This document shows positions 9,518 to 21,500 of a stretch of DNA of 64,000 bases, piece after piece. Origin of the DNA: a virus (Duplodnaviria; Caudoviricetes); the IMG/VR virus record IMGVR_UViG_2757320666_000001, positions 24,422-88,421 of that record. One strand, 5' to 3'. The translations under genes were made by a program, and so were the position numbers. The notes beneath the pieces are model-generated. The model searched no databases. It was not told the DNA's origin and saw only the letters and a list, made by a program, of their open reading frames with translations. Every line of letters begins with the position of its first letter. The first letter of the stretch is position 1.

Positions 9518-12500
9518 ATGTTACCACCTAAAAGAAAGAGTGCAAGTTTAGATTTTTTAAACCAAAGTATAGAAAATAAAAAGAAAACATTTTCTTCACA
9601 AGTAGTTAATAATCAGCAAAATAATACTGCTAATGTATCACAAGAAGAGCTTACCTCTCAAGATATGAGTTTAGGTAATGTGTCTGCTGGTACATTGGAC
9701 ATGATGTATAAATCTTCTACTGAAAGAGAAAGAGAAGATTTTTTCAATTCTCAAGCTAAAAAAGAAGCTGAAAAATTAGCTAAAGCTAAAACTCTTGATG
9801 ATAATGGTGTTCTTGCTGAATTAAAAAATAAAGTAGGGGAAGAAAAAGCTATTGAATTTTTAGATATTGATGAAAAAATAAAAGAAAAAAGAAAGAAAAG
9901 TATTGATTTCATTGATGATAATGGAGTTAATATTTTTGCTCCTATTTATAAATTACATGATTATTTTGCTGATGATGAGAATAAATGGGGTAAAACAGCT
10001 AAAGAAGAAAAAGAATACAATGATTTAATTACATACAGAGATAATAAAATTATGCCTGTAATGAATGAAGTTAAAGAAAGTTTTAAAAATAGATTTAAAG
10101 AAATTGAAGAGAAAGCTAAAAAATATAGAGATGCTAAACTAAAAGATGATGCACAAATAGTATATCATAAAGATGGAAGTGTTGGTCCAAAAGCATCTGT
10201 TCCAGATAGACTTACTGGTTATCAAAAAAATACATCAGAAGATAATTATACTCCATATCAAGAAGAGATAAATTATAATATTGCTAAAAAAAATTATGAA
10301 GAAGTAATAGAAACTTTAGAAGATTATACTACTGGTAATACAGGATTTTGGTCAGGATTTGGTACACAAAGTAAAGACTTAAAATCATTAGGGTTATATA
10401 GTATAGCTAAAGATATTAAAAGTATTCCTATTATTGAAAAACAAAATAGAATAGTAAATGAAGTAACAAAGAATACAGATAAAAATGGTAATGTAAAAAA
10501 AGGTTATGTTCCTTCTGAAACACTTACTGATAGTGAACAAGCTGTTATAGAATCTATTGCTAAAAAACAAAATATTGAAGCAAGAGATTTAATGCATGAT
10601 AATAGATTATACAGAACAGGTAAAGGTGTTGCTACATCTGCTGTTATGATGGAACAAATGATAGCTACTGCACCAATAGGAGGTCCTATAGAAACTGCTG
10701 TGGGTAAATTTGTTGCAAGAGATGCTATAGGATTAACTCTTAATACTGCTTTACAACAAGGTGGTAAGAAACTTGCTTTAAAAATGATAGGTGGAGAATT
10801 AGCAGGAGGAACAGCAAGTTTAGCTGTACAAGGACTTGTTAATCCTATGACCTATGGTGGTTATGCAAAAGACCAAATTGGAAATGTAGAAATATCACAT
10901 GATGAAAATGGTAAAGAAATTTATCTAACAAGTCAAGCAATCTATAACAAATATAAAAAAGACTTTAATTTAAAGAATGTTCAAATAGATAGTCAAATAA
11001 ATAAATTATCTAAAAATAAAACAGAAGAAAATTTAGCTAAAATAGAAGAATTACAAGGAATGAAAGATTCTTTAGCTGATGAATTATCTTTAATACAACC
11101 ACATAGTAAAGTTGAATCAGCTTTGTTTGGTTATTCAGAATATTTAAAAGAAGCATTTGCTGAAAGATTTGTTGGAGAAGCACTTGGACCATTAGGTAAA
11201 TTAGCTAAATCTGAATCTACTATGTTAGGTAGAGGTTTAACTAAACTATCTGATAGTAAAATAGGTAAAGGATTATCAGCAATTAATGATAAATTTGTAA
11301 AGGGTAGAAATGCTATGAATAATTTAGCATTAGGTAAAATATCTACTCAAGCTATTGCTCATACAGGACAAATGAATATGTTAGATTCATTACCTGGAGA
11401 AGTATTAGAAGAAGTATTTACTGCTTTAGTACCTACTTATGGTCAAGATTATGGTAAACAATTAGAACAATTAAGTGATTCAGAATTTTATGAAGATGTA
11501 ATAGCTCAAACTCTTATAATGAATGGAGCTATGGGAAGTGTTGGTATGGGAATGAGAGCCAATAATTTCAGATTAGATAAAAAAGCAATTGCTAAAATTT
11601 ATAGAAATATTGATGCTGCTACAACAGATGAAGATTTAGCTGCTCATATTAATATGAATACTTCTGGTAGTTTATATAGCCCATTAGAATATGATGCTAT
11701 GATAACTAAATTAAGAGATAGTGGTAAAACTGAACAAGCTAATAAATTAGAAAAAACAAAATTTGAAAGATTAGCTGCTCATGCTATAAGAACAGGAACA
11801 ATAACTAATTTTCAAGAAACATTATATAAAGTGTTATTAAAACCTGATACTGAAATATCTGCTGAAACTAAATTAAATATACAACTTGCTAAAAAGAGAA
11901 TAGATGAATTAAAACAAGTTTATGATGCACATTCAGAAAAACAAAATTTTGGAACAATATTTAATTTAGCTGAAAAGAAATTAGCAAATAAACAGACTAT
12001 TGAAGAATTAGATAAACATATTGTTGAGAATAAACAAAATGCTAAAGAAGAAATAGATGCTTTTATAACAAGAGAAGGTATTAAAATAGATTATTCTATT
12101 GATACTTTATTGGATAGACAGTTTGAAAATGAAGAAGACCAACAAAAATATAATTCATTTTTAGATAGATTAGAAAAAGAAAACTTATTAGCTGTAGAGA
12201 ATCATAAAAATGCTACAATGTTAAAAGATACTTTGAATAGTAATCAAAGTATATTATTAAAAAATTATAATGACCAAGTTCATCCTCTATATCAAAAGAA
12301 AATGGAGGAGAAAAAAGCTATTTTACAGGATTATAATTCTATTGTAGAACAAATAAAACAAGAAGGTTCTGAAAATGCAGAATTTAATTATCAAAATGAA
12401 TTACAAGAAACTCCTGCTTTAATTGAAAGTGTAGTTGAAAAACTTAAACAAAAAGATATTACTGGAGAAAATAAAGATTTTATTAATGATTTAAAAGAAC

Positions 12501-15500
12501 AAAAATTACAAGAACTTAAAGTAAAACAAGAACAAGTTCATAAAGAAAAAATAGCTAAATCTATAAAAGACTTGTTAGCTCAAAGACAAGAAAAAATAGA
12601 TGCTGGAGAAGTTGTTCCTGAAAATGAGCCATATATTACAATTGTAGATGAAGATGCTAAAGAAGAACACACTTCTTCTGTTGCTGGTAATTTACAAACT
12701 ATGGAAACTGTTTTTTCATTAGATGACAATTCCACAACTATAAACAATGACCCTGTATTTATAGCAGATGATTTCAATGATATGATTGGAAATACATCAT
12801 CTTTTACACCTCAACAAAGTAATGTTGCTAAAAAGATTGTATCAGAAGATGTAACTAAAGTTAAAAATCTATTAAATAGAAATATTAGCTTTAGGGAATA
12901 TATGTCTCATTTGGATGAAATTGTAAATAATAAAGAACAATTAAAAAAATTATTTGATGGTTATGTAGAAGGTTGGAAACAAAATGGATTTGAAGCAGAT
13001 GACTATAATCAAGTTTATATGGATTTATTTAATCCATTGGCTTCATTAGGTACTAATGCTTCATTAATGGCTCAAATGTTTGAACAACAAGTTCCTATTG
13101 AAGAAGCTAATACATTTGTAGAATTAGAAGAAAAAGTAGAAGAAATAAAAAAAGAAGTTGCTCAAAGAGAAGTTACTACTGTTGGTTATGATGAAGAAAA
13201 CATTCCTATTCAAAAAACAGCAGTAAATGAAATTGAATCTAAAAGAACTTTAACAATTACTCCTAAATTAGGATTTTCTTCTATTGCTTATGTTGAAGTA
13301 ATAGAAAATGGTATTTTAGTTAGAAAATCAATAGGTAATGAATTGAATCACAAATTTGGAGATTTGATTGACTTTAGAGAATTGTTAAACCCTGATAAAC
13401 ATCCTTCTGGAAGTAAATTAGGGGTACAAATTGCTCCTGAATCATTATGGTCTCAAATTACTGTTTCTAATAGTAGAAATGCACAAGGAACAGCACAAAC
13501 TATTACTTTTGATAAATGGTTATCTGAAAAAGAAAAACAAAATGCTGATTTCAGAAATACACAAGAATTTAGAAATAAAGTTCCTGTATTCTATACTAAT
13601 AAAGAAGGCAAAGCATTAGCTTATGTTCAAGATACTGATTGGTATAATACATTCAATATAGGTAATCCTTTTGGGGATTCAAGTAATCCTAATTTACCTA
13701 CTCAAGAATGGGTGAATCATATTAATGAAGGTAAATTAAATGCTCAAAATTTAAGAAATAGTATAAACAATGGTTTAACAGAAGTTACAATTAATAAACC
13801 TTCTGATGGTATATTTTATGAAATACCTATGACAGAACCAAAAATTACTCTTCAAGAAGCTAATCCTCAAACTGTTGTAACAGTACAAATAGGAGAAGAC
13901 TTATATATGGGTAATCAAATTTTCAATGCTGGAAAACTCTTAAATAAAGATAAATCTGGCAATGAAGGAAAGTTTGATTTTAATAGTGTAGGTCATACTT
14001 GGGAAGTAAGAAGAATAGGTACAACATTAAATGATAAAGGGGAATTAGTACCTACATATAGAGCTTATCCTGTAGGCAGAGTTGTTTCTGATGAACAAAT
14101 AGAAACAGCAAGATTTGCTATGGCTGCACACCTTGCTCTTAAAAAAGATGCAAGTTGGACAAGACATTTAAAAGGTACTATATATGAAATGACTTATGAA
14201 AAAGCTAAATCTATTCAGAAAGATGTTCATACTCAAATGGGTCTTGATATTGAAAATGGAAATGAAATAGTTCAATTTATAAAAACTTTCTTTCAAGATA
14301 ATATTGCTGGAGATAATTTAGGTCAATATAAAAAAGGTTTGTTTGATGAGAATGTTATGAATAATGTTTCACAGCATACCAATAACAAACTTTTAAATAA
14401 CAGAAATGTAAAAAGTATAGTTCATATTACAAGAGAAGGAGTTACTGCTTTAAATCAAACTTATGACACTTATTTAAAAAATAATTTACTTACAAATATC
14501 AAATCTTTTGATATTGATGATACTGGAAAAAAACCTACTTATGTTACTATGATACAACCAATTATCACAGTAGATTATAAGGAAGTGGAGAAACCAGCAA
14601 CTAAAAATAATGATGCAAGACAAGAAGCTGCTAATGTAATTGTAGAACAGCTTAAAACATCTGTACCATTCAGTTTAGAAAAACATACTGAATTTTTAAA
14701 TGATTTAGGTATTGACCCTAATGATTTTGATGAAAGTAATGATATGATTGCTAATACAGATAAATTAGCTAATATTTTCAATGTTAGTGGAGATTTATCT
14801 ATAACTCAAGAAAAAAATGTAAGACAATTTATATACCATAAAATTGGTAATAAAGTAAGTTTTGGTTATAAAAATAAAGTATCAAAAGAAGCAATACAAA
14901 ATGATATTAAATCTGAATTAAACTTACATCTTAATAAGATAGAAAAACAAGTATTATCAATGTTATCTGAAATTAAAAATCAAAATAATACTAATGGTGC
15001 TTTAAATCATTATGTTGAAGCATATAATCAAACTTTAAAAAATATTGCTGATATTAAAAAGAATTATGAAGGTATATATAATAAAGCATTTGCTGATATT
15101 CAAAAACAAACTCAACTTACTCTAAATGAGAAAGAAGAGAATGATATTGAACAAGATGATGTTGAATTAAGTGTTAAAGATTATAGTAAAGATTCTATTG
15201 AAGAATCAGGTAAAGCTAAAGCATCTTATAGATTAAGAAGATTCTTATCTGAAATTCCTGTATTTGATAGCAAAGGAGTTGCTCAAAAAGGTTATTTAGG
15301 TATTCCTTTATATATGTCATTTAATGATGTATATAATGAATTAAGTAAAGTATTGGCTCTTGGTTCAGAAGTTAAATCTGATTACAATACTATTATAGCT
15401 AAAATGAAACAAAGTAATAATGCTTTTGTAAAAAGTGTTTTAGCTAAATTAGAAAGTGCTGACCAACAAATTAAAAATGAATTGGTTTATAATTTTGTTA

Positions 15501-18500
15501 GACATACTTTGTCTTCTAAATTTGCTATGTATGAAGATACTAAAAACAATGGTGTTTCATTAAAAATATATAATACTAATGCAAATGAAGCTACAAGAAT
15601 TATAGCTAAAAACTGGAAGAATGAGAATAAATCATCAGGTTTATATAATAAAAATCAATCCTTAAATGTTCAATATGCTCAATCATTATTAGATGACTTT
15701 AATAAATGGGATAGACAAGATTACAGAAAAGTTCCAGAAAATGATTTGAGAAAATGGTTATCTAAATTAGGTTATACTTTTGAAGATACATCATGGAATC
15801 AAATTTATAATGAAGGTATTTTTAATGCTGGAAAACAAAATTCTTTCAATGTATTGTATAGTCAAAATGCTGGTGGTTTATTTATACCATTAAAAAATTG
15901 GTTAGAGAAAGCAATAACTAATCCTGCTGATTTCAGCTTTGATAGTAAAGAAAGTATTTTTAATGATTTAGCTGGTGTTACAAAAGCATTAAGTTTAATA
16001 GAAGCAAAATATAACCCAACTTTAATAACCCTTTCTTTTAGAGATTCTGGTAAGAACATATCAACTTTAGTTCCTACCAAATATGTAACTGATATGGTTC
16101 AAAATTTAAAAAGAAGTATATCAGAAGATGGTAACAATTTAGTTGATGACTTGTTATCATTATCATTATCTGAAAATTCTATAATTTTAGATATGTTGAA
16201 AAATGAACCTACTTTTAAAAGTATGTTTGAAATTTCACATACTTCTATTACAGCATTTAAAGAAAAAGGAGAACAACCATATAGAGCAAGTATTACTGAT
16301 TTAAGTGATATTGATTATGATATGGCTGGTATTACTGGTTTTCAAGATAGAAAGATTGATAAATTACCTAAAGGAACTAAATTTGAAGGTATATCAATGA
16401 GAATGGCTAATATGTTATTTCCTACTATGTCAGATAAAACTACTGGTATGTATATGACAACTGCTATTTTTGATTTTTTGAAAGATGGTAAAATAGATGG
16501 TATGTTTAACTTATCAGAAGAAGGTGTAGTTCAAGGTATTGGTCCAACAGTTAAAACTTTATTGTTTAATCAATTGGTGTTACCAGAACTAAAAAGAATA
16601 GTTAAATTTCATACAGAAGTTAAAGCAACAAATATAAAAGATTATGATAAAGGAGCAACTCTTTTTCATTTCTTACCTATAATGAATACTTTAAAAGATT
16701 CTGATGGATTAAATATTGTAAACAAGTTAGCATTAACTGGTATTACAATAGATGAAGCTATTGAAAAATATCAATCTACTTTTGAAGATGCTATTGAAGG
16801 TGTTATTAAAAAAGAAGTAGAACATAAAAAAGATATGTGGAGTAATTATTTAGAAGTAAATAAAGAAGGAAACTCATATTCTAAAATGTTTGATAACAAT
16901 TATTTCAAAGAAGAAGGTAAAAATCCTTCAACTGATTATGATTTAGCTGTTTATGATTTTGTATTAAATAATATGATTACTAATTCAGAAGTATTTAAAG
17001 TATTTGCTGGAGATATTGCTAATTATAGTAAAGATAAATTATACAAAGAAGAAGGTAAGTCAGTTAATCCTTTTGATATAAAAGATGATAAAACTTATGT
17101 TTCTATTAATAAAGAAATTGGTGTGAATTTAGGTAAAAGGTTAGCTTTACTTATTGCTCCTGGTAGTAAAATTGCTAATTCTTATGGAGAAAAATATAAT
17201 CAAATTTTTCTTGAAGATTCTGTTGATATTAGTGAAAATTCAGAATACTTAATTAAAAATTATTATGGTCAAAAAGGATTAGATGAAGCTCAATCTTTAT
17301 TAGATAAATATAAAAAAGCTGCTGAATTACTAAACAAACACGAACAAGGAATTTTAAGTTTAAATCCTGTTAGATATAGTGCTGTTAATAAAACATTATC
17401 TGATATTAGAAAATCTTTAGCTAATAAATTTCCAGCTATAGATGCTTATTTTGATATTGAATCTACTGATGCTCAAGAATATTCAACAGCAACAGAACAC
17501 ATATCTATTTTACATAGAATAGGTAGAATTTCTGATGAAGAATTTAAAGTAATTACTAATAAATTATTAACAGAAGGAGAAAAAGGTTATTTAACAAAAG
17601 AAGAATTGAAATTAGTATTTCAACCAATTAAACCTGTTCATACAGGAACTTATACTAATGTAAATCAGGATGTTAATAGAGTAGTTTATATTAAATCTTC
17701 TGCTTTTCCTTTGATACCACAATTAACTGCTGGTACTAAATTAGATGCTTTAAGATTGAAAATGGAAGAGTTAGAAACTAACACAGGTAGATTTACCAGA
17801 GCTTCTTTTCAAACAGCTAATAAGGTAGGTGCTACAATAAAAACTGTAAAACCATTTGATATAAATTCATTATCAACTATAAAAGATTATAATGCTGATG
17901 ATGTAAATGCTAATATGTTAGTATTAAACAGAGATAATTTTAGAATACAACAAGATGTACCTTTTAAATCTGATAAACATCAAGATGATAAAGTTTCTAT
18001 GGGTACACAATTCTTTAAATTATTATTTGGTGATGGTGTAATTGACAAAGAAGGTTTTGTTATAGATGGTAAAGAACTTACTGGTAAAGAGTTATATCAA
18101 CATTTTAATAAAGCATTTAGTGATATAGTAGATAGTAAAAAACAAGAATTATTTTTAGATTTAGGTTTAGATACAAATGGTCAAATTAAAAATGAACAAA
18201 ACTTTGTAAAAAACTTACAAGATTTATTGATAAAAGAAGCTACTTCAAGAGGTTATAGTGTTAAATCATTAGCAGGATTGAAAATTGAAAAATTAGCTGC
18301 TGCTGCTGGATTTTACTATGAATTTAAAACTCCTTTATGGTTATCATCTGATAGTAATAGATATGAATCATTATTAAATTCAATCATTACTAACAAAATT
18401 ATGAAGCATAAAATGCCTGGTAATGGTTTTGTTGCTGGTTCTGAAAGTGGTTTTAGAATGAAAGAAAATCTTGAAGGTGTAGATAAATCAAGAATAATTT

Positions 18501-21500
18501 ATTTAGATTCATATAATGGTAAAGAATTACAAGGAACTCATACTTCAACAGATGAAAATGGAATAGTATTTCATAAAGCTCAAGTATTTATTCCTTCTAA
18601 ATTTAAAAATGATAAAAAAGAACTTATTGATTTATTTGAAGGATTTAATGGTAAAGAAGGAAAGTATTTAACAAGAAGAGAAAATGGTACATTAACTTTG
18701 AAAGAAGGTATGATAGACCCTGCTTTATTCAATAACTTCAGTTTTAGAACTCCTACTTCATCTCATAAATCAGGTTCATCTATTGAAATTGCTGGTATAT
18801 TACCTCCAGAAGTAGGGGATTTAATGATAGTACCTAAAAACTTTACTAAACAAAAAGGTCTTGATTATGATATTGATAAAGAATCTGCTTATCAATTAAA
18901 TCATATTATGACTAATGATGGTAAAATTAAAGTATTAGAAAACTCTGATATAGAAGATATTACAAGAAGTTTAACTAATAAAATAGAAGAATTTAATCTT
19001 GAAAATACAAGTGCTTCTGCAAAAAGTAATTTTGCTAATGAATTATTTAGAAGTTTCATAGCAGGTAAAGGAAGTTTATTAGATGAAGAATCTTTAGAAA
19101 CTTTATTATTACCTCAAGTTGATATTGTTGAAAAAATAAATAGATTAGAATTACAATTAAAAAGAAAATTAGCTGAAAATGAATTTATTAAATCTCATTT
19201 GGCTATATTCAATAATCCTAATTTAGATATTCAAAACAAAATCAATAGTGTTTTATCTATTGATTTTGCAAAAAGTCAAGCTGAACAGTTAGAAAAATTA
19301 AATGAAGCTGGTTACAGAAACAAGATGATTGCTGAATATATGGCTAAAGATGCTACATTATCTGATTTAAAAGCTAATGAGATGTATGAAGCTGACCAAT
19401 TGAATTTTACAATGCTTACAAATTCTTACCAAAAAAGTAAAATGAATTTAGGAGCTATTGGTAAAGTTGCTATTGGAGTATATGCTAATTATAGTACATT
19501 TAATGCTTTACTTCAACAACATCAAGGAGAAGATATTTATATTCAAGATGATTTAGGTAATCCAAAAACTATTCAAATTGGTCATTTTATTAGTGATGGA
19601 AAACTTGGTGCTATACAACATATAGAACCAACAGGTTTATCTGAATCTAAATTGAAAGAATGGAGAGAGAAACATCAAAGAAATATTTCAGAAGCATTTG
19701 ATGAAAAAATTAATACAGGTACTGATAATGAAAAAGAACAAGTTCTTGGTAGAGTAGGTGTAGATGAATTTACTATCAATGTAGATGCTAATACAGCTTT
19801 AAGAGGATTTGGTAAAGATGAAAATGGTAATTCTATTTCTTATTTATTATTATCTCAACCAATCATTAAAGAATTAAATCAAAGAAGAAAAGAAAGTAAA
19901 GGTGTTTTAGGAGAATTTATTAAAGATGAAGAGTTAATTAATGAATTAGTTAGTAAATATGGTAAAGATAAAGCACAATATCATACACAAGGTAAGCAAT
20001 TTGTCATTGTTGATAATATTGATGGTTCATATTTAACAGGTAATAATTTATTAGAAGGAATAAAATCTAATGGTAAAGATTACAATACACAATTGCAAAC
20101 TTTAAAAACTTATCTTGATTTAGAAGAAGAAGCTAAAAGAGTTGCTAAAGTTCAAAAAGTAATCAATACTAATATGCTTGGTAAATCTATGATTGAATCT
20201 CAATTGAAATATGAAGGATTAAAAAAACTTCCTGATAATGGAATTATTACTAATGCTCATTTATTGATTGGAGATTATATTGAAATTAATACATCTGAAA
20301 ATCAAAATGGTGGTTATATGATTGGAAACTATTATGTTACACCAAGAACACCACAAGGACAAATTGTTATAAATGGTTTACATTTAGGTAATACTTTATA
20401 TAGAGATTTCTTTCCATATCAAGACAAATCAATAAATGACGTTGTAAAAGAAATTTTGAAAATACAAGGTAAAGAAGAGAATATTTCTGATAATGCTATT
20501 ATTGAAAATTTTGAAGAAATTGTTGAAAACATTAAAAAATTAATCTATTCAAGAAAAGGTAATAATGTATTTAACATTGACCCTAAAGCTAAAAGATATG
20601 AATTATTCATTGATGATGAAAACAATACTTCATTATCTACATATTTAAAAGATTTATCAAAAAATGATGATAAACAATTTAAAAAAGGAATAAAAGAAGT
20701 ATCTCAAAATGCTTTACTAAAAAGTTTCCAATATGAAACAGGATTAGGAGAAGATGAGTTATCATTAATTAAATATAATAACACAGCTACTGATAATTTA
20801 GATGAGGAAAATTTATATAATGCTATACCTGAATTGGTTATGGCTAATAAACAATTACCTTTTAGAAATGGACAACCTTATTCTACAGTAAATTTAGCAG
20901 AAGATTTAGTAGCTTATTCTTTCTTACAAGGAGGTATTCAAAAAGCAACTGAATTTGCAAAATTTGTTCCTATTGAAATGCTTGAAAGTATGGGTCAATT
21001 TGAAAAAGATAGCTTTGTACCAGCAAATAAAAAATTACAATTATACAACACAAAACAAAATAGTTCTATCAATTTGTTTAATAAAGTATTAGGTATCAAA
21101 GAAGATTCTATGAGTACATTTACTAAACAATATTTCCAACATAATCCAAGTAAAGCTCCAAAAGCAAACTTTAAAAATGTTAAGAATAAAAAAGAAAATA
21201 GTTTTGAGTATAATGTAGAAGATAAAAAATATCCTACCTTGTTATCTGTAAAAGATAATAAGAGAAATATGCCTGTATCAGTTTCTTTATTTGAACATGT
21301 TGGTAATGGTTTATATCAAAAAATTGATACATTAGGTAATATGGGTATTAGTGAATATGAATTTGGTAATGATAATGTTTCTTCTATTAAAAATTTAAAA
21401 AAGAATGTAACACCTAATATTGCAACAGATGATAATATAGCTAATATAAGCAAAAAAACATTTAAAGTTAATGAAAATACTTCTGTAAAAGACTTATTGA